DNA of 64,000 nt from Nitrospirota bacterium (GCA_035623825.1 DASPSR010000024.1:1-64000), one strand, 5' to 3'; shown: positions 9,924-19,101, counted from the stretch's first letter. The notes: generated by a model from the letters alone, not told the origin. Translations and numbers: made by a program.

Positions 9924-11267
9924 TCAATCCACAGCGTGTAATACCATTTTGGACTCAACTCTGTTTCTTCCGGCCGCCTTAGCTCGGTAAAGGGTCTGGT
10001 CCGCGCGATTGATCAAAACTTCATCGGTGTCATCGTGGACAAATTCGGCAACGCCGAAACTGCATGTCAGGTGTCCCACTTCTGGAAAATCGAATTTCTC
10101 TATCATTGAACGAAGTTTCTCCGCAAATATTGTAGCCCCGCGTTCTCCCGTATTTGTCACCATGATCACGAACTCCTCGCCTCCCCAGCGAGCAAAGACG
10201 TCATGCCTCCTTACGAACTTCTCAACTAATCCCGTAAGATATTGTAATGCGCTATCGCCGGCATTGTGACCATATGTATCATTTATTATCTTGAAGTGGT
10301 CGACATCGAAGATGATTAGCGAAAGCGGCAGTCTGAAACGTCTTGAACGCATGATCTCAATGCTTAAAGCTTCACTGAACTTCGAGCGATTTGAAATGCC
10401 AGTCAAAGGATCTGTAGAGGCCTGGCATAACAGAAGCTCATTCAAGCGTTTCAGTTCCTCTGTAGCTTTTCTGCGCTCTGTAATGTCCGTTAAAAAGGCT
10501 ACGCTGGCCGGACCTTCAGCGAGGTGCACAAGGCCCACAGCAACATGCAAGGGGAATTGTGAGCCGTCCTTGCGCTGGCCAGTCCCTTCATATTCAATTG
10601 GAACCTCTGAGCCCAATCCACGCTGCAAGGCGCGATCAGCTACCCTATCCCTGTCCTGCGGTGCCCATTGCTCTATGACAGGCCGGCCTCGCAGTTCTTC
10701 GCTATTCTGAAAGCCGAACATCTCACAATACTTCCTGTTTGCATAAACAGTCACTCCGACAACACTGATCCTGATAGCCACAGGCGAGTTCTCTATAAGA
10801 GCTCGGAAGCGGGCCTCACTCTCACGGAGCGCCTTCTCTGCCAGACTGAGATCGTCATTTTTCTTCCGTAGAGAACTATTTGCTTGCGATAATTCAAAGG
10901 TCCTTTCTTCTACGCTTTTTTGAAGCTTATCGCTGGCTTGAATCTGTGCCTGTTGCAAGCCTCTTAGCTTCATGAGAAGTACTGATACTCCCCACCCTCC
11001 AAGAATACCTGTAAAGCGGTTTACGGCGGCATGCACTAATTGTGAACTGTCTGGTGCTGGGAAAAACATACCCGTAAAAACGAGAAGTGTAACAATTACG
11101 GAGTATCCATACGGCCGTTTTGAGGTCTGGTATATGAAAACCAGTGGAATCAGGTACAACACCCAGACTTCATACCAAAGCGGAGTAAGAACATCGACCA
11201 TAAAGATCACAATGGTCATAAGAACCGCGATGAATGTCTTATGTTCTTTAAAAATACTAAATGTCAC
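9924..11267 (-). CDS. Membrane-bound PAS-GGDEF diguanylate cyclase
   Basis: About four N-terminal TM helices, a coiled coil, PAS, TDPLTG, DVDHFKIINDTYGH and GGEEF with an intact RxxD I-site (RRHD). Confidence 0.95.
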   Translation of the reverse strand: MTFSIFKEHKTFIAVLMTIVIFMVDVLTPLWYEVWVLYLIPLVFIYQTSKRPYGYSVIVTLLVFTGMFFPAPDSSQLVHAAVNRFTGILGGWGVSVLLMKLRGLQQAQIQASDKLQKSVEERTFELSQANSSLRKKNDDLSLAEKALRESEARFRALIENSPVAIRISVVGVTVYANRKYCEMFGFQNSEELRGRPVIEQWAPQDRDRVADRALQRGLGSEVPIEYEGTGQRKDGSQFPLHVAVGLVHLAEGPASVAFLTDITERRKATEELKRLNELLLCQASTDPLTGISNRSKFSEALSIEIMRSRRFRLPLSLIIFDVDHFKIINDTYGHNAGDSALQYLTGLVEKFVRRHDVFARWGGEEFVIMVTNTGERGATIFAEKLRSMIEKFDFPEVGHLTCSFGVAEFVHDDTDEVLINRADQTLYRAKAAGRNRVESKMVLHAVD

Positions 11268-11424
11268 TACTCTTTCTCCAATTTCGTGGCAAGAATGTCC
11301 TCGCGTATTCTTCTAATAAGGCGGTCTATCCAAAAAGTTTGTGCTCTTGAAGCATACACTCTGATTATCAATGTTTTAGCTGCATGCTGTCTTTTAGAAA
11401 ACTTCTGAAATCTTGTAAATATTC

Positions 11425-11451
11425 TTATCGGAGTCTTATGATATATCTTTA
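11425..11451 (-). promoter_or_regulatory. sigma28 (FliA) promoter of the GGDEF gene
   Basis: Minus strand TAAA-N15-TCCGATAA. Confidence 0.75.
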
Positions 11452-11539
11452 AAGAAGTAAGCGAGGATTAAAGGAGTTTTATAAGGATAAACAACCTTTT
11501 TCGAATGGGCTTAGGTTTTAGAACCTGAGGGCACAAAGC

Positions 11540-11574
11540 AAAAAAAGAGGCTACAGCTTATGCTGTAACCCCTT
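11540..11574 (-). terminator. Terminator following the tRNA fragment
   Basis: Minus strand AAGGGGTTACAGC-ATAA-GCTGTAGCCTCTT followed by a T tract. Confidence 0.7.
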
Positions 11575-11582
11575 GATAAGTT

Positions 11583-11744
11583 TGGTAGCTGGGAGAGGAT
11601 TTGAACCTCTGACCTTCGGCGTTCTTAACTCGAAGGGCGTGTTAGAAGGTTAGATCAGTTCATCTTAATGACGACTAAGGACCAAATGCAGTCGAGTAAT
11701 AACCTGCCGTGGCGCTCACTCTTGCTTTTGACCTTCGGGTTATG
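11583..11744 (-). pseudogene. Second 3' half of tRNA-Met(CAT), interrupted by a 109-nt insert; att-site scar
   Basis: Minus strand CATAACCCGAAGGTCA (11729-11744), then CCGAAGGTCAGAGGTTCAAATCCTCTCCCAGCTACCA (11583-11619). TGACCTTCGG is duplicated at 11610-11619 and 11729-11738. Confidence 0.8.
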
Positions 11745-11764
11745 GACACGATGGCAAAATATCT

Positions 11765-11836
11765 TTAAATGATCTCCTTCATTTCGGCGAATGCCTTCGG
11801 CGCCTCTTGCGGCAGATTGCGCCCGATGATGCCAAC
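11765..11836 (-). pseudogene. Remnant C-terminus of an alpha/beta hydrolase
   Basis: Translates as VGIIGRNLPQEAPKAFAEMKEII*, resembling the 'GHNLPQEAP.AF' catalytic-His motif with His replaced by Arg; no upstream gene body. Confidence 0.35.
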
Positions 11837-11860
11837 GGTGCACCACATCCCGACTCCAGT

Positions 11861-12292
11861 TTACATGCAGACAAATGGCCCTTTCCTATCCCTTTGTGAA
11901 AAACGGGCATAGTAGGGCGAGGTGAAGACTTCCATCAGCAGGTGTCTGCTCACGAGGCCCACATATTTCCCGTTGCGGACGATGGGGATAACAGCGCAGC
12001 ACCGGTTGCCGAGTTGCATCGATACCAATTCCTCCGGTGTAGAGTTTGCGTCTGCTACAAGCGGGGGTTTCACCATGAGTTGCTCCGCGGTAATAGTTTC
12101 AAGATCGACGCACTTCTGTATTGCTTCGAGTATATGCAGTTCATTCACTATCCCAATGAGTTCCTGCGATTTATTCACGACAGGAAGACCCGGAAAGCCG
12201 GACGAAGTAATGCGGTTGCTAATCTCCACTGCCGGTGTATCCGGACTGATGCTGATCTTCTCCTTCATGATGTGCCAGGCATTGATTGACAT
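11861..12292 (-). CDS. Tandem CBS-domain protein
   Basis: GLPVVN...LIGIVNELHIL and IPIVRNGKYVGLVSRH; ATG 12292 after AGGAGG. Confidence 0.85.
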   Translation of the reverse strand: MSINAWHIMKEKISISPDTPAVEISNRITSSGFPGLPVVNKSQELIGIVNELHILEAIQKCVDLETITAEQLMVKPPLVADANSTPEELVSMQLGNRCCAVIPIVRNGKYVGLVSRHLLMEVFTSPYYARFSQRDRKGPFVCM

Positions 12293-12339
12293 GAATGTTT
12301 CCTCCTTTGCGAAAGCGGTTCTATCGTACAATCTTAACT

Positions 12340-12549
12340 TTATTTTGTTGCCTTTTTTATCGTTGAAATACGGAACGGCGCGTACAGCGGACAAAAACCG
12401 ATGGCTCCTGTCACAAGGAAGATAACCGCCAGGACACTAAGTACGACCGATGCTGTGCCGCTGATGAAACCATAAAGATGGAGTACCCATACCACAACTG
12501 CGAAAGTGACGCGTAAAGCCCGGTCGATTGTCCCCATATTTCTTTTCAT
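12340..12549 (-). CDS. DUF2892 (YgaP-like) membrane protein
   Basis: MKRNMGTIDRALR...TGAIGFCPLYAPFRIST. Confidence 0.9.
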   Translation of the reverse strand: MKRNMGTIDRALRVTFAVVVWVLHLYGFISGTASVVLSVLAVIFLVTGAIGFCPLYAPFRISTIKKATK

Positions 12550-12587
12550 AGTTTACTCCTCCTCGAGATATATATCATTCAGTTCGC

Positions 12588-12677
12588 TCAGAAAAGCCGC
12601 TTTGCTACAATAACCATACCCGTGATCAGTACAACGCAAAGAATGCAGACAAGCACGATCTTAAGATACATCGGCAT
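12588..12677 (-). CDS. Putative 29-aa single-TM peptide
   Basis: MPMYLKIVLVCILCVVLITGMVIVAKRLF, preceded by AAAGG, inside the operon. Confidence 0.35.
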   Translation of the reverse strand: MPMYLKIVLVCILCVVLITGMVIVAKRLF

Positions 12678-12719
12678 ACAACAACCTTTCCTCATAATCC
12701 GCAAGTCGTCAAGGCCATT

Positions 12720-12926
12720 CTATTTGCATGGTTTGCAAGTTTTGCAAGTCGAAATTCCGAACAAGACATAGACCGGGCAACATCCAACGATACCAGTTGC
12801 AATCGGCAACAGTCCTAGATAAGCCCATTTCCAAGTTATGACGGGACCAATAAATGCCAAGGAGCTTAGTCCTATTCCCGTGAGAATCCCGATTATCCTC
12901 TCAATATGCCCGATATTCTCTTCCAT
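12720..12926 (-). CDS. DUF2892 (YgaP-like) membrane protein
   Basis: MEENIGHIERII...ATGIVGCCPVYVLFGISTCK. Confidence 0.85.
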   Translation of the reverse strand: MEENIGHIERIIGILTGIGLSSLAFIGPVITWKWAYLGLLPIATGIVGCCPVYVLFGISTCKTCKPCK

Positions 12927-13003
12927 TCTTCATTGCTCCCTGAATATGAATATGTCCTGCCGATAATTGCTTGCTATCATTGGTGAGCCGTACTATTGCC
13001 GAA

Positions 13004-13609
13004 TCAAGAGGGAACGTGCAGTATTTTTTTCGATGATGATGGCAGAGCCCCTCGCTCATACCGCTCCATCGCGTAAAACATGGCACCAGCAAGCGCATAC
13101 AGGATGGCGATCATGACCCAGTGGTTCATGCCCGTCAATTCCGGCAAAGTCGATTTTCCCATGTCAGATGTTTTGTAGAACCCCTCGAGGAAGGGGAAAA
13201 GTGCCGCAAACAAGAGGGATCCGCTACCGATTCCGATCATCGTCACAAGTGCGTCCAGTCTGCCCGAAGCAAGGCCTGCTACCGCTGTGCCGGGGCAGTA
13301 TCCGCTCACGAGATATCCGAGCCCGAAGAGTGCGCCGCCGGCAATTTGGGGCCATAGAAACGTTGGTATGATCCAGACCTTGCTCATGTCCAGGAGCTTC
13401 AGGTCCGCCAAGAGGCAAAGCCCTGTCGCCGCAACCAGAATTGCACTGAACATGGCCTTCGGTACGGCGAAATCGGTCAGATAGAATACTCCGGTAAGTT
13501 TATGAGGGTTCCCCAATCCTCCTCGTTCGAGAAAGAAACCGAAGAATACGCCGAGGATCAGGGCCATTATTAGGTTGGTATTCTCACTCAAGATAAGGGG
13601 TGCGTTCAT
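13004..13609 (-). CDS. YeeE/YedE family sulfur-compound transporter subunit
   Basis: GFFLERGG, GGALFGLG and SGYCPGT motifs; ATG 13609 overlaps the upstream stop (ATGA). Confidence 0.9.
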   Translation of the reverse strand: MNAPLILSENTNLIMALILGVFFGFFLERGGLGNPHKLTGVFYLTDFAVPKAMFSAILVAATGLCLLADLKLLDMSKVWIIPTFLWPQIAGGALFGLGYLVSGYCPGTAVAGLASGRLDALVTMIGIGSGSLLFAALFPFLEGFYKTSDMGKSTLPELTGMNHWVMIAILYALAGAMFYAMERYERGALPSSSKKILHVPS

Positions 13610-14112
13610 GACCATAACCTCCTGAATAATGCGGCGAACAGGAAACCGCTCGCGAACATGGCGACGACGAAGACCCAGCCTGACAGGGCGAACTGGGAGC
13701 TGCCGGTGAGTGCAACGCCGCTTGTGCATCCCCGTGCGAGCCTGCCTGCAAATCCGAGGACCGCACCTCCGCCGAAGGCTGTCAGCACTCTCACGCCGGT
13801 GGTCATGTGCGCCGCCTTGTCGAACCGGAACTTGAAGCCGCCGCTCAGCAGGACGCCTATGACTGCGCCAACCAGTAGTCCGCTCACCTCAAGCGTGGTC
13901 CAATCCCTGAACGGAGAAAATTCCAGATATTTCGAGAGGTAGGAAAGCGTTGCGGTATATGCTGGGAAGATTTCTTTCATGCAAGTGCCAGCAACGACCG
14001 TAAATGCCCGTGACGCGCCAAGCCCCTGTCCCGCAATGACGAACGATGCCAGGAGCGTCAGTCCGAGCCCGATTCCGGAGATATAGGGAGACCAGAAACT
14101 GTTTTTTTTCAT
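13606..14112 (-). CDS. YeeE/YedE family sulfur-compound transporter subunit
   Basis: WSPYISGIGLG, GLGAS and LGFAGRLARGCTSG motifs; ATG 14112 after GGAGG. Confidence 0.9.
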   Translation of the reverse strand: MKKNSFWSPYISGIGLGLTLLASFVIAGQGLGASRAFTVVAGTCMKEIFPAYTATLSYLSKYLEFSPFRDWTTLEVSGLLVGAVIGVLLSGGFKFRFDKAAHMTTGVRVLTAFGGGAVLGFAGRLARGCTSGVALTGSSQFALSGWVFVVAMFASGFLFAALFRRLWS

Positions 14113-14498
14113 AGTCACCTCCATTTTTAGAAAACAACTGAGTGGTTCCGTTGGTCATGGAGTGCAGCACAACATCTTCCAATTGATGCATGTGGGCATT
14201 TTCCCCTACTCATGTGGAAATAGCATCGTCAACACTACAGATTTAAAGTTATTTAGTTTAGAATATTAGCATTTATTAAATAATATATCGTTAGCCCGTA
14301 ATTTGTCAAGCCCAAAGACATTAAGAACGATTATAATAGAACAATGTTTGCGTGGAGAATTGACGACGGTTTGAGTCCCCTGCCCCATAGCAAGCAAAAC
14401 TTAAGTATGCGAAATTCGAGTGACCTTTGTATGTGATTCTATTGACTGGGATTCGCTATAATTGAATTAGAGAAATAATAAGAAGGAAGTGATCGATC

Positions 14499-14678
14499 AT
14501 GACATCTGCAGAGATTTTGGAATGGGTAATGGGATGGCCATGGCCTGTTATAATTGTTTTTGTTCTCCTGATTGCCGGAGGCATTGGACGACTTGTATAC
14601 TGGGATAAGGAGGACCTGTCAGAGCATCAATCGCCCGGCCGAATCCCGGGCAAAGAATGTAGCTGTACGTGCAAGTAG
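14499..14678 (+). CDS. Small membrane protein (59 aa) with a C-terminal CxCxC
   Basis: Below the ORF-track cutoff: MTSAEILEWVMGWPWPVIIVFVLLIAGGIGRLVYWDKEDLSEHQSPGRIPGKECSCTCK; RBS AAGGAAG. Confidence 0.45.
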   Translation: MTSAEILEWVMGWPWPVIIVFVLLIAGGIGRLVYWDKEDLSEHQSPGRIPGKECSCTCK

Positions 14679-14858
14679 TCATAATAACAATAACGGATAC
14701 AAGCGGTAACAGCGAGTCCTCTTATAAAGTACTCTTTCGGCATGACCCCGTGTTCGGAAGGTGTCAAATAATTTGTGCGAATCCTGCTTCTGTAAGCTTA
14801 GCATCGGATCTTCAAATGCCATCGTGGAATGATACTATTTATATATGCTTTTGTGTGT

Positions 14859-15233
14859 TCATGCTACCTCAGCAGCACTCGCCTTTTCCCGAGCTTTGTT
14901 TATCACTGATTTCCCGGCCCGCATCATGTATTTTGCCCCCCACTTATGCATTGCGTCCAGGATCGGGCTCAGACTCTTGCCGATTTCCGTTAGAGAATAT
15001 TCGACACGGGGTGGAACCTCCGCATAGACCTTTCTGTGAATCAGATTGTCCTCCTCCAACTGTCTTAACTGCTGGGTCAGCATCTTCTGGCTGATACCCG
15101 GCACGCCCCTTGAAAGCTCACCGAATCGTTTGGTGCCCTTAAATAGCTCGCGCAGGATCAACAGTTTCCATTTGCTGCCAAGCATTGCTATCGTCTGTTC
15201 CACCGGGCAACTCTGCTGTTTTGTGTCGTTCAT
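14859..15233 (-). CDS. HxlR-family winged-helix transcriptional regulator
   Basis: SCPVEQTIAMLGSKWKLLIL, KRFGEL, ISQKMLTQQLRQLE, PPRVEYSLT. Confidence 0.95.
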   Translation of the reverse strand: MNDTKQQSCPVEQTIAMLGSKWKLLILRELFKGTKRFGELSRGVPGISQKMLTQQLRQLEEDNLIHRKVYAEVPPRVEYSLTEIGKSLSPILDAMHKWGAKYMMRAGKSVINKAREKASAAEVA

Positions 15234-15258
15234 AAGATTTCCCCTCCCGCGTTCTCCT

Positions 15259-15278
15259 TACTTACTAAATGGTAAGTA
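15259..15278. promoter_or_regulatory. Inverted-repeat operator, likely bound by HxlR
   Basis: TACTTAC-TAAATG-GTAAGTA in the divergent intergenic region. Confidence 0.55.
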
Positions 15279-15418
15279 CATAACAAAATAGTGCCTACTT
15301 GCATTTAGTTTGTTACGGTATTATCATCATACAACAAATCAAACAGGCAGTCAATGAGGATCCGCGTGATGCGTCGAGAGGGGATTTTTCAGCAACCCAA
15401 CAAGGAGGAATCGCAAAA

Positions 15419-15634
15419 ATGAGCAATCCATTTATTAAAGAGTTAGAACCGGGAACGTATTATTGGTGTACATGCGGCAGGTCGAAGACATCTCCATTCT
15501 GCGATGGTTCGCACAAGGAAATGGGCAAGCAGCCTTTGCATTTCGTGGTTGCTGTTAAGAAAAAAGCTGCAATATGCAACTGCGCCAAGACAGATAGACC
15601 GCCTTTCTGCGACGGTTCACACATGAAGAAATAA
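15419..15634 (+). CDS. Tandem CDGSH iron-sulfur domain protein
   Basis: WCTCGRSKTSPFCDGSH and ICNCAKTDRPPFCDGSH; ATG 15419 after AGGAGG. Confidence 0.95.
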   Translation: MSNPFIKELEPGTYYWCTCGRSKTSPFCDGSHKEMGKQPLHFVVAVKKKAAICNCAKTDRPPFCDGSHMKK

Positions 15635-15686
15635 TCCTCATGGGCACCATTACTCAAAAGATCAAACGAAAGGAAAGGATAAAATA

Positions 15687-16277
15687 ATGAAAATAATAGC
15701 GTATGTGGCATTTATGACTGCGGTAATATCTACGGGCTTCACGACACCAATCTTTGCCGCTGAGTCCACGGGAAATTATTCGCCGGAAATGCAGGCAAAG
15801 ATTGATGAGGTCAAAAATAAACTCAAGAAATACACCGATGAAAGGACCAGAATAGAGAAGGATCTAAAGACATTCGACGAGCTGGACTTTGTTGTTTTCA
15901 GCAATCAAGAATGGACGCGTCTGCATGAAAGCCATTCAAAAGACGTAAAGGTCAACTGGCCTGATGGACATTTCACAGTGGGCATCGAAAAGCACATTGA
16001 AGATCTCAAGGCAATGTTTGTCTATGCTCCTGATACTAATATAAAGGTCCATCCGGTCAAATTCGGATCAGGCGAGTATACATCTGTCATCGGCGTCATA
16101 ACTGGAACCTTTTCCAAACCTATGCCTATTGGCGACGGGAAGTTCATACAGCCAACCGGCAAGAAGTTCTCCATTACTATGTGCACTATAGGTCACTGGA
16201 AAGACGGTGTCATGATTGAAGAATGGCTGTTTTGGGACAATGCCGCATTCATGAAGCAAATCGGGCTGGCGAATTAG
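15687..16277 (+). CDS. Secreted SnoaL-like/ester cyclase family protein
   Basis: Signal peptide; FDELDFVVFSNQEW, NWPDGH, PTGKKF, EEWLFWD. Confidence 0.85.
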   Translation: MKIIAYVAFMTAVISTGFTTPIFAAESTGNYSPEMQAKIDEVKNKLKKYTDERTRIEKDLKTFDELDFVVFSNQEWTRLHESHSKDVKVNWPDGHFTVGIEKHIEDLKAMFVYAPDTNIKVHPVKFGSGEYTSVIGVITGTFSKPMPIGDGKFIQPTGKKFSITMCTIGHWKDGVMIEEWLFWDNAAFMKQIGLAN

Positions 16278-16457
16278 GCAATTCGTTGATAGCGATACAC
16301 AGCCCTTGGCAGGGGTCGAGCATTCAGTAAATTTACAAGAAAGAACGCTTCGTTAATTTATCAGGTCATTCAAGCTGTCTCGTGAAACAGGAGGGAACGC
16401 ATTTTATTTTTGCAGAAACACTTGCCGCTTGATGTCGTCGAGAATGAGAGATTATCT

Positions 16458-17261
16458 ATGAACAAAAATACAAAAACTGATCTGATGCCGGCCATATTTG
16501 TTGGCCACGGTAGCCCGATGAATGCGTTACTAAGGAATTCCTATTCACAAGGCTGGTCGAAGATAGGAGAATCAATCCCTCGCCCCAAAGCCGTGCTTGC
16601 AATATCTGCACATTGGTATATTCTTGGATGCGCAGTGACAGTCTCTGCCGCCCCCCGGACAATCCACGATTTCGGCGGCTTCCCGGGCGAACTATATCGG
16701 GTAGAATACCCTGCCCCAGGAAGTGCCAGGCTTGCACGGCAGGTAAAAGATATTCTTTCCCCTATTCCCGTCGGTCTTGACGAAAACTGGGGACTTGATC
16801 ACGGCACGTGGTCTGTGTTAATGCATGCTTTTCCAAAAGCCGATGTTCCTATCGTGCAACTCAGTATAAATGAGGCGGAGACACCGCATTTCCATTATGA
16901 CCTGGGCAAGCGGCTTGCGGTCCTGCGTGAGGAAGGTGTCCTGGTTATCGGCAGCGGCGGTCTCGTTCATAATTTGCATGCTTATACGTGGGGCGCACAG
17001 GAAAGCAAACCGTATGACTGGGCAGTCCGGTTCGAGAATCAGGTTAAAAAGTGTCTGCTTGACAGATCGGATGAGCAACTAATTAATTACGGGAATTTCG
17101 GTCGCGATGCGATACTTTCAGCCCCTACGCCGGACCATTATCTGCCGTTGCTCTATATTCTTGGGCTTCGCAGAAAATATGACGATGTCAGTTTTCCCGT
17201 AGAAGGGATAGATGGTGGATCGGTGTCCATGCTCGCAGTTCAGATAGGAGGACTCCGGTAA
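16458..17261 (+). CDS. ygiD: 4,5-DOPA extradiol dioxygenase (LigB family)
   Basis: MPAIFVGHGSPMNA, ISAHW, TIHDFGGFP, GLDHGTW, GSGGLVHNL, PTPDHYLPL; start uncertain (16410-16485). Confidence 0.9.
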   Translation: MNKNTKTDLMPAIFVGHGSPMNALLRNSYSQGWSKIGESIPRPKAVLAISAHWYILGCAVTVSAAPRTIHDFGGFPGELYRVEYPAPGSARLARQVKDILSPIPVGLDENWGLDHGTWSVLMHAFPKADVPIVQLSINEAETPHFHYDLGKRLAVLREEGVLVIGSGGLVHNLHAYTWGAQESKPYDWAVRFENQVKKCLLDRSDEQLINYGNFGRDAILSAPTPDHYLPLLYILGLRRKYDDVSFPVEGIDGGSVSMLAVQIGGLR

Positions 17262-17332
17262 GTCTTTAGTAGACTTAAAAAGTAATTTTTTTGTAGCACA
17301 ATTCAAATCAGAATAGTGAAAGGAGAAATTCA

Positions 17333-17923
17333 ATGAAACGCATCATTATCGTAACAGCCATGATACTCGCCATTCCTCATGCAGCTGTCGCTTCAACTTG
17401 GAACATTGATCCTGATCATTCCAATCTCGGGTTCAAGATCAAGCATCTGATGGTGTCTAACGTCAAGGGCAATTTCAATATATACTCCGGTATTGTTGAA
17501 ATCAACGACAAGGATACGACGAAATCAAAGGTCGAGGTTACAATCGACACCAACTCAGTCAACACCAATGTCAAGAAACGTGATGACCATCTCCGGAGTG
17601 CCGATTTTTTCGATGTTGCCAAGTATCCAACCATGACCTTCGTCTCGAAAAAAGTGACCATCGTGGGCCAGGACAAACTGAAGATAACGGGCGATTTCAC
17701 TCTGCACGGCGTGACAAAGGAAGTCGTTCTCGATCTTGAGGGCCCGACAGCGGAAAGTAAGGACCCGTGGGGCAACACTCGTAAAGGCATTACAGCCACG
17801 ACCAAAATCAATCGCAAAGACTATGGCCTGATGTGGAACCAAGCCCTCGAGACGGGCGGGGTACTCGTGGGGGATGAAGTGGATATCACGTTGGAAGTGG
17901 AGATGATCAAGAAGCAACAGTAA
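17333..17923 (+). CDS. YceI-family polyisoprenoid-binding protein
   Basis: Signal peptide; WNIDPDHS, KHLMVSNVKG, RDDHLRSADFFD, DPWG. Confidence 0.95.
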   Translation: MKRIIIVTAMILAIPHAAVASTWNIDPDHSNLGFKIKHLMVSNVKGNFNIYSGIVEINDKDTTKSKVEVTIDTNSVNTNVKKRDDHLRSADFFDVAKYPTMTFVSKKVTIVGQDKLKITGDFTLHGVTKEVVLDLEGPTAESKDPWGNTRKGITATTKINRKDYGLMWNQALETGGVLVGDEVDITLEVEMIKKQQ

Positions 17924-17999
17924 TTACGAACAAAAGACAATACCTGACCGACGTCCACTTTTTGTATGCAGTGAGTTCCGCGTAAGGTTGCATGAAATA

Positions 18000-18034
18000 A
18001 GAAAGGGGTTAGGCTATAAGCCTAACCCCTTTCT
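18000..18034. terminator. Hairpin terminator between the convergent yceI and ompA genes
   Basis: AGAAAGGGGTTAGGCT-ATA-AGCCTAACCCCTTTCT. Confidence 0.7.
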
Positions 18035-18123
18035 TCCATGGACTCCTCCTTGACTTACGGAGGGGAAGCGAGGAGCCCGGATGGCGCACTACCGGTGTCC
18101 GAGCCGAATTAAGAAGGCCCATC

Positions 18124-19101
18124 CTATTTTTCCACGCCGATTACTTCAATTTCGACGCGGCGGTTCTTTGCGCGACCTTCTTTTGTGCTGTTATCAGCAA
18201 TCGGATTGGTCATGCCTGCGCCGCTGACTTCCATCAATTTTGGATCGACCCCGAGACCGAGTAGATAATCGCGGACCGCTTCAGCACGCCGCAGCGACAG
18301 CTTCATGTTGTACTCAGGGGTACCGGAACTGTCGGTGTAGCCAGTAATCTTCACCTTGCTAGCGCTGCTTAACGCCTCTCTCACCTGTTCTCGGTATGCT
18401 TTAATCTGCTCCTTTCCTTCCGGCTTCAGGACAGATTTGTTTACATCAAAAAGTGCTGCGGCACCAAACACCATGGTTTTCGGACTCCGTGGAGTCACGC
18501 TGACCGTCGTGGATGCCGTCCCGGCTCCCCCATCACCTGCTACACTGATCGTATATTGTGTAGTGCTCTCGGGACAGACCTGCTTGGATCCGCTCGGCTC
18601 AACATTCCCTACTCCTGGCTCGATTGAGCCCTTGGACGCATTCGTTGAGGACCAGGTCAGGGTTGCACACGTTCCTTGCTTTACAGAGGTCGGGTCGGCT
18701 GAAAAAGAGACCGTTGGGGCAGGTGGGGCGGGTTTCGGAGACGCTACTGCTACGGCTGCTACTGCTGCTTTCGGACAAAGCGCGTTTATCTTGTCTATCC
18801 CATCCTGCGCCATAGCGATTGCTTCATTTGTATGGCATGCAATGTAGGTTGCATAGGCTTTGTCTACCGTATCCGCTGCGGATTTGAACTCTGCGGGGCA
18901 CTCTTTGTCCTTCCCTGTCGCGCGGGCTTCGTCTACTTTTCGTGATGCTTCAGGTAATGGCTTGTGAATAAACGTATATGGCATCTTTCTATCCCGCGGA
19001 GCTGTCTCCATATGAGCACAGCCAGCTATGAAACTGATTGTGAATATGACAATGACCGTCACTGCCACGTACACTAAAGAACGAAACAATCTGATACTCA
19101 T
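18124..19101 (-). CDS. OmpA-family peptidoglycan-binding lipoprotein with an Ig-like spacer
   Basis: Lipobox IAGC; C-terminal OmpA domain (LFDVNKS, ITGYTDSSG, NMKLSLRRA, RAKNRRVEI). Confidence 0.9.
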   Translation of the reverse strand: MSIRLFRSLVYVAVTVIVIFTISFIAGCAHMETAPRDRKMPYTFIHKPLPEASRKVDEARATGKDKECPAEFKSAADTVDKAYATYIACHTNEAIAMAQDGIDKINALCPKAAVAAVAVASPKPAPPAPTVSFSADPTSVKQGTCATLTWSSTNASKGSIEPGVGNVEPSGSKQVCPESTTQYTISVAGDGGAGTASTTVSVTPRSPKTMVFGAAALFDVNKSVLKPEGKEQIKAYREQVREALSSASKVKITGYTDSSGTPEYNMKLSLRRAEAVRDYLLGLGVDPKLMEVSGAGMTNPIADNSTKEGRAKNRRVEIEVIGVEK

